Positions 1-13,826 of a stretch of DNA of 64,000 nt are shown piece by piece. How positions within the stretch are numbered: position 1 is the first letter of the stretch; every line of letters begins with the position of its first letter. The notes beneath the pieces were generated by a model that was not told the origin of the DNA, did no database searches, and saw only the letters and a list, made by a program, of their open reading frames with translations. The stretch is from Antedon mediterranea (lineage: Eukaryota > Animalia > Echinodermata): assembly GCF_964355755.1 (NCBI RefSeq), contig NC_092671.1, forward strand, positions 25,432,070-25,496,069, written 5' to 3'. Position numbers and translations under genes: made by a program.

Positions 1-592
1 AAAGAGTTATTAAATGGTCTTTGACAAAATTGAGAATTGAAATACTAGACGTAATATTGATTTGTCCCGGTCCTATATCTTGTTTGAGCTCACAACTATT
101 GAGATAGAACAATGTCCATTCAAAATTATCATTACAATTACTGTTATTAAGTTCTCGTAAAAATGATTTCAGAGCTATAATACATGTGTAATTATTAGTA
201 ATTAATTGAGTCAATTTCCATTCTTGGTTAAAACTCTTGAGATCCTAGCAACAAGCACGATAGCATCATTTGAATCTCGAGGACTATTTACACGATCACA
301 TTGTTAATTTGATGCAAAATAAATGACCGAAAACCTGCTTTATACGATTCTCTTATATTTAATAGAAAAGTCGCGTGGAAGTTGACGTATTTACATCAAA
401 ATCACATAAACTAACACGCCTTCTTATACCGTTCAATGCAGTAGTGATACTCCATCATCATGGAACGCACCTTGTGTCGAATCAATTTGCGTAAAAGATG
501 TGTTATCTTTAAGTGGCAGTGGTATGTTGACATTCTTGGCTTGCCATACTAATCAGTTGTTGACTTGTCCAAGATCCTACTTTCAACAAATG

Positions 593-661
593 ATTGGTAA
601 CATGATGACGTCATGAGCGAACGATTGGCAAATCTAATTCTCCAGGCTCGGAGTATAAATA
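593..661 (+). promoter_or_regulatory. Candidate Pol II promoter: CRE palindrome between two inverted CCAAT boxes, followed by a TATA box
   Basis: ATTGG at 593-597, ATGACGTCAT at 605-614, ATTGG at 624-628 and TATAAATA at 654-661. Donor-like sites follow at 697 (GTAAGT) and 811 (AG|GTAAGA). Assignment to the neuropeptide gene is inference. Confidence 0.55.
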
Positions 662-2858
662 AGGCTTCGTCGATGTTCGATGAATTAATAGAACCCGTAA
701 GTCACTCACGCAACAAATGATATCGACGATTGATATTCACAAACATTGAAACGAGACGACAAGATAATTTGGACGGTAATTGTTCGCCCCAGCAAAAATT
801 ACACAGAGAGGTAAGAACGTAATTGTTTTCTCAGATTGTGGGGTAGTTTTGCCGAAGAAAGCTACAGTATTATTATCTTTTAGTTATTAGACAAACTATT
901 CTTTTTTTTTTTAGTTTTAAATTTTAGCCTATTGATTTTAATCTAGTAAATTTACTGTAAAATGTATACGGCGCTTTTGATTGTGTATATTGAATATTAT
1001 ACGGTGACAGTACAGTGTGTTAGGTTATTTGGATACAATATAAATCGCAAAGTTTCTAAAGTGAATGAATCAACTTAAGTATTAGAATCATTATCTTGAC
1101 ATTACCACACGACATACTCTTAGTCTTAAAAAGTTAACTGTAATTTAATAGTAGTATCCAATACTAAAATGACATACTTTTTTGAAAGTTTAACTTATTG
1201 TTTTGCTATAGCATATATGTTATTTAGTTAAGAGGGCAAATTAAATAAAATACTGCGAAACAGGTAAATTCGAAATTTATACACGAAAATGCATGTGTCT
1301 TTTCTAAACTTTTTCAAAGCAACGATTTCCATTTTTAAACCCTTAGCTTTTAAACGCGTATGGGAGGATCAGAAAGTGAGTCACGAAGTATCAAACGAAG
1401 GCCTAAACATTTTCCAAATTCTGTAGAACTTTTTTCTAAATTACATTCAGCGCCACCTACATTTTAAAGGCATTGGAGACGGGCGTCACCTTCAATTTAG
1501 ACTATTTCAAATGACCATATATAAGGATAATTAACACGTAAATAACAAATGAAAAATTATTATATATAAATCGTGTTAATTTCTCCCGAAATTAATCGGC
1601 TGAAAAGAGCAAACAAAATCACTGGCTCAGTTTCGACAATTATATTTTACTTGATAACATTCCATAGACGAAATCTAATAAAATATACCGTACAATTATA
1701 AAAACACGGAGCGCTGACATGCTAACGTTTAAAATAATCCCAGTTAAACTAAAAGCATACTCACTAAATGGTAATAGTTTCTTTCCATACATTAGTCTAC
1801 ATTACGTGGTTGCAATAATTATTGCGTATTAATGTTTCCTAAAATATTAACAGGAACTTGCTGTATAACAGTTGGTTAAATATAAAGTGTTTAAAAGCAT
1901 TTTAACTTTTAAACAAAATAAGGAGATGTATTGCTCATTTGTTTAAAAGTTGGAACGTTCTTAATGAGTAGGCAAATAGTACTCTAAAACAGTATTTAAG
2001 AAACCATATAAAATGTAGCTTTTATAAAATACTTTAGATATTAATGAAAATGATATATAATGGCTTGTTAATTTTAATATGAGGTTACTCGTTTACTGGG
2101 TAAACATTTAGAAAAGATAGAAAGTGTTGCAATGGCAAGAGTAGCGCTAATAGATTTATGTCTCAGATTGTGATTGTTACATATTTATAAATTAATCATT
2201 AATCATTTTAGACAAACTATCTCCTCCTCTTGATACAGAATATACCGGTAATGTTGATAGGCAAATGCTAATGAGTAATATCGAAAGTACACTCAAGTTA
2301 GTTAAAGGCCATATTGAATATTGGCATTTGCGATACTATTATCCTATCCTTTTTATTGTTATAGATTAAATATGAATATTTTTATAATAATCCCATATTT
2401 TTCTGGAAACTTATTTCTGCCAGACATTATCATTATTAATGACGTAATGATATACGAAAATACGATATTTACAAATTGTTTTTAAGTGCACATATCTATT
2501 AATAGAAAAGCAATATTTTACGGTTTTATTCGAACTTCTTATTTAATTAATCGTTGACAAATTGCGTTCTGTTTTCTAATATTGGTATTTTTTTATTATT
2601 AAGCGCATAGCTTATTTGATTCAATTGTTTTACCGTTATTACTATTACGGAATAATCAAAATATCAAAATAAATCATTCTGGCACAAAAAAACATGCGTA
2701 TACAAAGCCATAAATGTAAATGTGAAGGAATAATGTGACTCGCAGTCACTGGGCCAACCCAGTGTGCACACAGGTGTAAACGACACATACAACATCAACT
2801 TTCCTCTCCCCTACGAATCCAAACAGCGTTCATTCGTTTGTACAGAACGATAAAGGCT

Positions 2859-3079
2859 GAGATGGATCAATAAACCGGGGTAACGTCCTACTCTGACAGA
2901 TGAATTCTCCAAAGTACACAGGAGCCAGATATATAGACTTGGTGAACCTCCAGTTTTAAGTCCTTTCTGCGAAGACTGGTTCTATCAACACGGGCCCGAG
3001 ATGGACCAGTAAACTGCGGTAACATCCTACTCCGAAAGATGAATTCTCCAAAGTACACAGGAGCCAGATATATAGACTG
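2859..3079. repeat. Direct duplication of about 80 bp
   Basis: gagatgga..gatgaattctccaaagtacacaggagccagatatatagact occurs at about 2859-2939 and 2998-3079. Confidence 0.7.
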
Positions 3080-4120
3080 CTGTATAAACAGTTAGAGAGC
3101 GCCTTTGGGACATTCTTATTGGTGGGACACTTTCCCGTGAAACGAATGATGGAAACTTGTGTTTACTAATGGCCAGCCAGCCCATGTTAATGGGGACAGT
3201 TTGTCGGGCGCCGAAATTTCCGCTTAAAAGAATCTACTGTATTTTTATTCTATTACAAAGACCAAGCTAGCAATTCCTTTATAACATAGGCCTACGGTAC
3301 AACCTCTCCATTTGAGCACCCCAGTTCAGATGACACCCCTGTTGCGGGACACATTCTCGTGAAACAACGAAGGACAATGTAAGTTTTAACACGCACATAT
3401 TTCGAACAATAAAATGCAAAAGATAGAAGAAAAATAGGTTAACTTCTCCCATATTTCAACTTTTTTGGAACACTACCGAACTTAAAATTGCATATCGTTT
3501 CATTCCATACCATTTAATTGGCAAGAGTACGAACATATTTTATGTTTGTCACTATTATACATCTGGTAATGATTTTGATTACTATGACAACCATGTTTGA
3601 TTACACATTCACGCACTAAGGGCAAAAGTAAGAAATCTGCTCGTGTTTAGTAATGTTAGTACAAATTTGTTTACATAATCGACTACAGTTGGTTGCTTAG
3701 CAGTACTACTGTTCATCAAGTTAATTTTAGGTAAAGAACTATCAATATCTAATTGTATGGTAGAACCTGGCAGGTTGGATACATCAATTTTTACACGCAT
3801 AAGCATTAGCCTAGCATGCAATGGTTGTGTTTAATCATGTACTTAATCGGCTTACTTCATCTTGTCTCTAATTAAAGGCAAGTAAATACACAGCAGGTGA
3901 CGGATAAGTGATTTTTTTTTACAACGTGATCGAATATTTAGCAGCCACCTACCGGTAAAATAGCATTGTCATCCAGTACATCTTTGTTTTTATACTAAAG
4001 GCCAACTTACACAGAAAGCCCTACCGCCCGTCCGCTCTCCTCCTCCGCGTTTTTGTTCATAAGAAATAATATAGACTTTTTCGTTTGCCGCTTACTATAT
4101 ATATACACCGTTATTACTTA

Positions 4121-5104
4121 TCTATACTGTACATACATTTACGTAAGGGCAAAATCGCTTTTAGAATTTGTATTACTTAATGGTATATAAAGTTGGTTCA
4201 TACGTTCGGCACTGATTTTAACCACCTAATGTAACCCTGTTTACTAATTAAATTGAGTTAGATAATTATTTATTGACGATTAAAAGGAATTTAGGTTTAA
4301 CGATTTGCCCCAAATAGAGGTGTTTTCCTATCGTGGTATACACTGTCTAATGGATGTCGATGTTGAAAAATACCCGCACACAATAATACGATAATTTTTT
4401 TTTGAAAATTGGTTAGGCCTAAACAGCTCGATTACAGCATCATAATGTTGAAGACAAGCCGATTTTCTTAAAAACATACTATTTTGATAGATTTAATATA
4501 CGTTTATACAAACGTGTTGTATGGCGATGAATGGAACATTCCAATAACTCAGTCTCCCAGTATAATTATTTGGTATAACACAAGTAGGTAAATGTATGGG
4601 CCCTTGGGGGATAGATTTGAAACCTTTGACAATAAATACATAAACCATTTTTGTCGCCATTTGAAGCGCAATTTTTTTACTGTGATAGTGAGTACAGTTT
4701 AAGCACATAATTATATAAATAAACTTTATTACTGACAGTTTCGTCTCAACCTTAATTGTATTAATTAATAATTACAAAAATTAAATCTAAACGTCGTAGT
4801 GGTGTATCGTTACATGTACTAATTCAATCGACAATGACAGTTTCAAAAAAGTATTATCGCTAATGTTTTACTGTGTTTTGTGGTATATTATTTATAAAAC
4901 ATAAAAACAACTATGTCGTTACGGATTCAACCCTAATGTTACATACAAAACACAAATTGGTTAAATTTGACTCAAGTAATTCTCAGGGTTCTAATTTTAG
5001 TTGACTACTGTAATTTAGTCCTGCTGTACGTACATTTGAACTCGCCAGTTGGTTTTATGCTGAAATTACTGTGTATTTGAGAACCATCTATGGGCACGAC
5101 CTAG
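4121..5104 (+). mobile_element. Non-autonomous Helitron (about 1 kb)
   Basis: Starts A|TCTATA...TTTACGTAAGGGC and ends GGCACGACCTAG|T. It is the reverse complement of the repeat units in 33801-40385. Confidence 0.7.
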
Positions 5105-5799
5105 TCTGTGTAACTGTCCTTAATAATTAGACCTAACAATGTAAGGCTTTAACAAAATCTTTATATTATCTGTGTAGGATAAAAATAAATCAGGATAAAT
5201 ACATGTTTTATAAATAACTATGTAAAAGGTTACTCATAATACGCACAGTAAGATGTGTCAAATTACCTGTTTTATACAAACAAAATAATAATAAGAACAG
5301 TTCAGTCTGAAGTCAGCAAAAAAAAAGAAATTTAATCGTACATGTCTTTTGTCTTTTTTGTCTTTTCCCCAACACAGAGTGGGGCCGGGATTAAGAGTTA
5401 TTGTGTAATTATTAATTCATATATATTTATACTCGTATACAGGTAGTATGTGATGATTGTACTGTTTAACTATCAAACTTTACCTAGTCCTATTAGGCCT
5501 AAGAATATAAATTTAATGAAGATGTATTTGCAAACATTTATTAAAGATAATCGGACAAAACAATGATGGATTGATACATTTAGCATTCATTCATTTTCTC
5601 CCATTTTCTAATAAGATAAACACAAATACGATGGATACGTTTAAAATAAATAACGAAAAACAATTTCATGCTTAAAACACCTACCTATGATAAATGTTAG
5701 ACCGTTAACGTCTACCGCCATGTGTACCTGAAATACATACCGGTAATTATAAGGGGTGAATTGAATCGGCAATCAACTAAATCAATCAAATCAAGTAAT

Positions 5800-6095
5800 A
5801 GGCAGACGACAGTTTGACAAAAAAGGTGTGATGTGCCCAATATGGTAGTGATATGCCCAAATAATGGTAGTGATATGAGATCATCATGTCCATATACAGT
5901 AATAGAAAATTAAAATAGATATAGTGTGAACACTTATTAGACTTAAAGTAGTCTACACTATCAAACTTTTTGTGACAAACAAATGTGATGCACCCATATA
6001 TGGACATGATGTTTTCATATCACTACCATATCTGGGCATATCACTACCATATTGGGCACAATTTTGTTTGTCAAATTAGTTTGATAGTGTAGACA
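5800..6095. mobile_element. MITE-like inverted-repeat element
   Basis: tctacactatcaaact and tatggtagtgatatgccc motifs occur in both orientations. Fragments of the same family lie at about 8407-8445 and 22095-22145. Confidence 0.55.
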
Positions 6096-6805
6096 GAGCT
6101 CCATTGGTTATAATTAGATTGATTGATAATGTCTCTACATACATTATGCATATATATGTATTTTTATATGCATGCATTTTAGAATTCAAATATCATACTT
6201 GAGTGTTAAATTTGGACACGGTAATATAAATATGACACCGGAGCCGCTTTATTGATAAAGCTCAATCAATCACATCTAGACGTCTAAAATCATTGCGTAG
6301 CAGAGTAGATCAATGCGTTTGATGATTCTCATTCGCAGTTCAGACTTTGAACCATTTCAACATCACAGTTTGATTTATATGAATAAATGTCCCAACGACA
6401 ATAAATTGTGACCGATTATCTGTCCGACGTAACGTAAATATTTTCAACATGTGCTGTTTGAAATGCTTGGAGACTTTTTATTAATTAGGCATACGATTAG
6501 TGGAACTGATGAATCAATTCACTTCCTGAGTGCTTGTTAACTGTGAGGGAATGTTTAGTTTTCAACATCTTTATGGTGTAATTTTACACAGACTGCTATT
6601 GTGACAACAAAGTGTATGTAAATATTTAAACGCCAGTTAAAGAGTACCTCCGGGTTTAAAATGACTTACTGTATTAATTACTTAATCTACCTTGCTTTTT
6701 CCGGATAGCTAAGAACTCAAACCATTCCCCAAAAAGTCTCCTTAATAAGTATATTTTTATTTATGATGTTCCAAAGGGTTCTACTGTATTTTTCTCAAAT
6801 TGGTT

Positions 6806-6950
6806 TAGGCCTACTTGATTATCGATTACTCACTCAAATGTAGGCCTACTTGATTATCGATTACTCAGTCAAATTGGTGTAGGCCTACTTGATTATCGAT
6901 TACTCACTCAAATGTAGGCCTACTTGATTATCGATTACTCAGTCAAATGT
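6806..6950. repeat. Tandem repeat of about 35-39 bp, 4 copies
   Basis: taggcctacttgattatcgattactca(c/g)tcaaat repeated four times. Confidence 0.85.
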
Positions 6951-7607
6951 AGCTCTAGGTTATCTGTTGACCATTCTTTAATTAACAATCAATGAATAAA
7001 CACTATTCATAGAGAAATACTTTTGCAATTTAACGAATTCATTGAACAAACTAGCATTCTTTAAAGGTGTATTGTTCCCAAAATATGAAAATTAAAAATT
7101 ATTTCGCTTAGAAAAAAAACCCAGTTAAAATCGACTTGACTTCTAGTTTACTTTAACTTTGTTTTAAGTCACCGGTTTATAATTTGTTTTAATCCAATGT
7201 TTGTTAAAAGTGAATGACTACAGTATTGTAAAAAGTGGTATATCCAACGAATGGTTTTTCATGGGAGCTATAGCATATGCAAACATTAACTTGTTGTTTT
7301 GATATACGTCATGTTTTTATGCATGTTTTTTAAAATGTCATGTTATACTTAAAATGAAAGTTTGTTAGAAACAAAAAATGTAAATGCCCGATTATGGCGC
7401 TCGCAAAGGAATAGGCCTATACTAAACAAAGTAAAAACATAATAAAAACGTTTGCTGAGGCAGATCCAGACATTCTATGTACATTTTCTTATCTCTCTCA
7501 CACACTTTATTTGTAGAATGTAGATAAAACTGACATTTATTTTCAGCAAATTTATTGTGAGTATACCGTAGCAATAATATATTATTTTTGAAGAAAATTG
7601 ATATCTA

Positions 7608-8333
7608 CGGTGGCTTATTTCCGCCAAAGACAACAATTATTTTAATAATAATACGGCGTTATAACGCCCTAATTACGGCGTTATAACGCCGTATTAGGGC
7701 GTTATAACGCCCTAATACAATTAATACTAATTATACAATCCGTTCACACGTACATGCGCATGCGTAGTACATCAACAAACCCAGAGCCATAAAGAGTTGC
7801 GACTTTTAATGGCTTGAATCAATTTGTTTAAAGGTTTTTGTTAAAACAATAATAACATTATTTTGATGATTTAAAAAAATATAGCTTTAATCCATTTCAT
7901 TTAACGGCTCTGGTTGTGCGCTCCATACACTCTCTACGCGTTTATTTTGTACAGCGATTCTTCATAGTAATGCATTGTTTTTACATTTTGTTGTTTAAAA
8001 TCATCTTCGCAGTAACTTTTTGATTGTGTTATCATTAAACAAATTGTTGTTTTGATATTTAAAACCTTGTGAATGTTATACATTTTTTTAGCACATGACT
8101 CGACTCCATACACTAGGCATAGTTGGACACAAAGATGGCCAGTAATTTACCACGTGACTTTTTAAAATCTGTGAATGCGCCGAGAGGTTTGTTGATGTAC
8201 TACGCATGCGCATGTACGTGTAAACAGATTGTATATTTAGGGCGTTATAACGCCGTATTTAGGGCGTTATAACGACCTAATACAGCCGTATTATTATAAA
8301 ATATTTTTTTTCTTTAGCGGAAATCAGCCACCG
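7608..8333. mobile_element. TA-flanked MITE with a second inverted-repeat element nested inside (about 7736-8232)
   Basis: Outer ends: TA|CGGTGGCTTATTTCCGC ... GCGGAAATCAGCCACCG|TA. Inner ends: CAATCCGTTCACACGTACATGCGCATGCGTAGTACATCAACAAACC and its near-perfect reverse complement at about 8186-8232. Confidence 0.75.
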
Positions 8334-9629
8334 TAGATATCGGTGTCTGAGTAACGACGAAACATATTTGGCGATAGATTTGAAAGTGTTGTAATTTTTA
8401 AGTTCTGTCTACACTATCAAACTAGTTTGACAAAAAAAAATGTGAATGAGTGAATGCAGCGCCGCGGGAATGGGGGTCGGGGAAGGGAGGGTAACTGACC
8501 CTCCATTGTAAATAGTTTGAATGAATCAGCAAAGTGTTTGCAAAGGCAGACGCCGATATAAATTTCTTAAAACGTAATATAAAAATTACATGTATTATTA
8601 TTTATGGAAAATTATTCTTTTTACTTAAATAAAGTATTTGATAATAATAATAATGTTTAATGCTTTTATTGCTGTTGCTTTCAAGCGAATAAAATAACAA
8701 ATAAAATATCATCGTTCAGATAAACACTAGATTAACACTGCAACAAAGAAATTATTACAATTTTTTTTAAAATTGAACTAGTTAAATCATGGAGGAAATA
8801 TATATTATATTTCCTCAATGGTTTAATTAACTAGGTAAACAGACAATTTGCAGTATGTGTCCCTGCTGTTATCAATCTTGTCTAATATTAAGTGTATTCG
8901 TAAGTATTTATCACGAAGAAACACAGTAGTAGCGAAAAGTAATTGTTTCACAGCTGAAATGATTACATAACACTTACACTAGATCGGATACCTGTGCTTG
9001 AAATTGATAATATCAGTCCCTTTACGATAATTAATTACAATTTACATAAAATGTAACAAAAACTTAATTTGAATTTGTAGAGTTGAAATCTTTCAATGAA
9101 GGACATCCATTACATTTCTGACATTACAAATTGTCCAAACTTACTTGAGTTTCGCATACATACATAAAAAACGTTATTAACGCGTGAAAACCCGTCTGGG
9201 GTATCTTTGCTAGTTAATTATATTATCTTTTACCATTTTGTTTTAATTATTTTCAGCTTTAGATTTGATATTTTTTTTTAGAATCAGAAAGCAATATACA
9301 AAGAAAGCTTTCAATTTACGTCTACTTATGTCTACGACGCTTTCTGATCCACTATTAAATTCATTTTCATCTGCCATGATTTTGTATTTTGTCTGTTCTT
9401 GTTTTTGCTTTTTTTTTCAATTTCTATTTAAACTTTCGGGATCTCTGATGTTGGTGTTCTCACCTTTCTGTTTAATTCACATTTTCGGAGAGTCATAACA
9501 TGTGTCCATACTATAGACCTGCCCAGTATGTATGCCTTTTTTTGTGTTCGAAAAGTAGTAGTAGCTCAAGTAGTATAAGTAGTTCAGTTTACTGACTTTA
9601 AAGTATATATATTTTACTTTGATTTCAGA

Positions 9630-9968
9630 ATGGTTAAAGCAGAGTTCACAATCCTGGTGGTAGTCAGTATTGGGCTAATCAGCAATAATGTGTTTTCATC
9701 ACCTTTACCAAAGGTACACACCAGAAAACAATTCGACATTATCTCCGAGCTAAAACACAACATAGAAATGGCGGTAGTTGCAACGATTCACCAAGCAAGA
9801 GACGCACAAAACAGTGGAACAATGGATGTAGCGGTGATAAAAGACCAGATAGTCGGACCAAAACAGATCCGTGATCCAGGCCTTGACGATTACGGCATGG
9901 GAATGATGTTTGGAAAGCGATCACCAGAAAACGCATGGGTTGATTTATTAGATGACGATCATTTATGA
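9630..9968 (+). CDS. Sulfakinin/cholecystokinin (SK/CCK)-type neuropeptide precursor, 112 aa
   Basis: Hydrophobic signal peptide (about aa 1-23) and DDYGMGMMF-G-KR: Tyr after acidic residues (sulfation context), amidation Gly and dibasic cleavage site. This matches the echinoderm SK/CCK pattern DY-G-x-G-(L/M)-x-(F/W)amide. Splice acceptor tttcag ends at 9628 and AATAAA lies at 10035. Confidence 0.85.
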   Translation: MVKAEFTILVVVSIGLISNNVFSSPLPKVHTRKQFDIISELKHNIEMAVVATIHQARDAQNSGTMDVAVIKDQIVGPKQIRDPGLDDYGMGMMFGKRSPENAWVDLLDDDHL

Positions 9969-12726
9969 AGATAAATTTGTTATAATATGATACTTCCCTG
10001 CAAAAAAATGATTTTACACATAAATAACTGTTTGAATAAAACAAAAAAAAAATCGCATTACTATTCTGAATATTGTTGATGTCAGCGTATTCTTTTGTCC
10101 TTACCAATACACCAATGCACATGAATGGCACTTTTAATTGGCTAGTTTAACAGTGCTGTTATTTAAGCAACACGTTTCTTTTGCTTAAGTATGACACCTT
10201 GAAAAAAAACGTTATCATTTACGATAATTATTATATTTATTGTTGGCGCAACGTCATTTAATTATACCAAGAAGGATCAAGAGTTATTAATCGAGATGGA
10301 AACATCTTTTAAACAATTACGGACTATCAACAGAATAAAGACACATCAGATGGAGGTGTGCCTTGTGTATATTGAACATGTAAATTCCTGGACATTCTGT
10401 CAACAACTCCTTTATTAATTTTCAAAAGGAATCTTCTTTTCTTTTGGTCACTGAAAATGAATGTGAATAATGTAGCAGGGTTAAAACACTATTTTTTACT
10501 AAGATGAATTCTCCGTTTAAATTATTAGACAAATAATTATGATCTCCTTCTTGGTAGTGAAGAACCATTCGATGCTATTTACGTCTTTTTTTAAACATTT
10601 AGTGTAAAAAATATTAAAACTGTGATTATTCGGTTTTTTTTAGGTAATCTTAAATGTGTTAGTCATTATGAAGTATATTATTCTGCGACCACAGACTTAT
10701 CTGCAGTCTGTTGATACAGTACATTATAACCGTTTGCATTACAAATATTATTTTTTTTAAAGGATGATTAATGTCACTAAAATTCTTTCTTTTAATTTAC
10801 ATTGAATTGAAAACACGATTCTGGACGGGATGTACAACGCCATTGTTTAGAGTTTCATTAAATTGTAACAACATTAAGAAGGCGTGGTAAATGATTGACA
10901 GAATACACACAAAGTTTAGCTCTATTGAGAAATACCATCTCAAAGATTAATATTTCATACTGTAATTCATGTCTATACAACCAATGAAAAAGAACAACAC
11001 GAAGTTAGAAACCGATAGTTGCAAGCACTAGGTTGTAATCAGTAAGTTTTTATTCTAATACGATACCATTACCAGCCAAATGGACAACTTACCGGCCTAA
11101 AATACATTGCTGTGTCAAATGTAGACAATTATGTCACTTTTAATAATAATTATGACATGCCATAGAGAAACCATAAAGACATTATACTATACAATATAAT
11201 TTTATACACTTTAAACTGATACAGAGAGTACTGATGATCAAACCCAACATATCCCAAGACCAGGATTGAAAAGCGATCTTTATGGAAAAACAACTATAAT
11301 TTAACTATTATTCATTGTAGACATTTCTTGTTTTCATCAAACATGATACATTTGAGAATGTTGGGAAATTGACTTGTTGGTTATACTTCTTTATTAAATA
11401 TAGACAATATTAATTCCATGATAATGTTGCTTTTTCGTCTAAAAATGTTAAGTTAAATTTGTACTGTAATGCACAATAAATAATGCACAATCTGCAATTT
11501 GTAGTTCTTTTTTTTTTTTATTAATTTGTTATTTTCAATTACAATTTTATACAGAAACATATTTTTTATAGAACCACAGATCCCGTTTGTACTTATTTTA
11601 AACAACACCTTATAATTATTTACAAATATCAATTTGTTTGTTGTATAAAATTCTCTACAATATCGAAAAGGCATTTTATATTCTCCCTTTATCACCAATA
11701 ATTTTAAACAAGGTAATATAACCTATGTACATATTTTAGTAGTTTAAATTATTATTTTATCAAACTCGAAAATACATCGCATTGCGATCGGATGTAGTAA
11801 TGCGAAATCGCGTGTAAAAGTTAAAATGAACTCCAAAGGTAGTGATTGGCCAAGTTCAATCGTAGAAACCAATTACTGTACACAATTTAGTCAACATGGA
11901 AGTTCATCTGGAGATCAGGAACCTCGAAGATGTGAATTGATTGACTTAAACAATTAAAAACCTTGCTTTTGTTTACCAAAGATCTAGCCAAAATCGGTAA
12001 GTAATTTTATTTATGCATTATCATCATCTATAATGACTTAGTCTAGCTAAGTTGCTTTTAGGCATAGCCTGTACTAGTAGCCTCTTTATACTCGATTAGT
12101 AATAAGTGCGTATGCTTGTACAATACGTTTAAACTGAATAGGTATGTTAGTAATTCCAATTATCAAATTTATCTATACAGTCTATGAAGGTGGCTCCATA
12201 ACGGTTTAAAAAAAATTAATGCTGCAATTGGAAATTGTATACAGAATTAACATTCTTACTGAACATGTGAGAAGGCGGAGCGATTTCGCGGAGAGAAATG
12301 ACGATCCATAAACCATCTATTATTATTATATTATCCTAGTGGACTTTCGAAGCATAATAATTGTTATAACATTCTAGCTAACTACTATTTGGCTAAATGA
12401 TGTAACGTCACCCAGAGGCAGTAGGCTACATAACATCGCTATTGACTGTAATATGAAGTTGTAAAGGTATACGGTAAGCCTATAGTGTTTACACTATTAT
12501 TTGAGAAAGGGAATTTCCCACCAAAAAGGTGCGTTTGGCCCGAATAAAATGCTAGATTATTATTTTTTTTTTCATTTCTTTAAGACTGAAACCTCGATTC
12601 CCCACCCCATTCTTGTTTTGATTTGTTCCTGACTATTTTCCTCTTAGTTCACGCACACTCAGATACTAGTCGTCATAGTGTCTCATTCCTATTGGTTAAT
12701 GTATTTATCCACTAGAGATTTAAAAT

Positions 12727-13150
12727 TTAAGAAATCACTTCAGAACATGGTAGTTTTTTAAAGTCTACCAATGGTTCATCAGCACCTGTTCCAGGTAATT
12801 TTAGATCTTCGCTGTTCTCAACAACATTTGGCGGTTTGCCATTTTCAGCTGAAGGTGGATCTTTTGCCATTGGAGACGATTCTGTAGGAAGCTCTTTAGG
12901 AGGAGACTCTGATTTTTCAGGAGGTGATGTTTGTGGCGGCGTCGGCTCTTTAGCCTGTGGTGCACTTGGTACTGGTGTTGATATTGGAACTACTGGTGCT
13001 GATGCTGGAATAGCTGGTGGAGCTGATGGAGGAATAATTAGTACAGGTGCCGGTGGTGGCGGTTCCATTGCAGGATTAGATAATCCGCCATTTTTAACAT
13101 TTTTACCCATCACTTGGTTCCATAAAGCGTCTTCTCGTTGCCTTTGGTAC
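12727..13150 (-). CDS. MAM-EGF membrane protein, last exon: Pro-rich cytoplasmic tail and stop
   Basis: Acceptor taacag|G, phase 2, matching the TM exon. Reads YQRQREDALW...PPPPAP...CSEVIS*. Confidence 0.8.
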
Positions 13151-13826
13151 CTGTTATACAACACATTTCTTTGTTAGTATATTTACTATTAGGACGAACA
13201 CGTAAATGATGACTATATGGTATATATAAACTATAATTAGTTTGTCTGTAGCTATATACGGCGAAACTATAACTTTAGGACGCCTTGTCACGTTGAAACA
13301 TCGGTTCTCGCCGTATCACCGTAGTTTAGCCGCTTGGAATACCTGAGAATATCGGATGCTGTATATAAAATGGAGCTGGGGCATTTGAAATCAGCAGTGC
13401 TGACTCGTATGACAGCACTGCATCTAGTATCTGTCTCGACGTATTTGCACATGCCTTTCCTCTTTTCAAGGTGGGCACTGAATGAGAGAAGCCCTTAATC
13501 AATATGGCAGGTTAAGTTTCATCCATCATTCAGATGAATGTAAGCCTACAATATAATCTGACATTGCCGTTCGCGACAGACGTTGGTCATAAAATAATAC
13601 ATTTAAACATTGGGGAAGATAGGCCTACAGTAGAACCTCCATTCGGGACAAAATGTTCTCTTAAAATGAGAGTCTTTTGAATAGGATTCGTGGTCGTTGT
13701 GTTAAAACATTATTGTCACATGTTTGTTTCACCGGAAAGTAGGCCTAACCCTTTCCCAAAGGAGAGGTTTTGCTACAGGCTTAGTTTGGAGATGTACTGG
13801 TGTAATGTTCGGCCACTTTTACTTAC

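Noticed and set aside
9739-10131. 130-aa minus-strand ORF
   Set aside because: Antisense to the neuropeptide precursor, with no recognisable features.
12836-13177. Gly-rich 113-aa + strand ORF
   Set aside because: Antisense shadow of the Pro-rich last exon.
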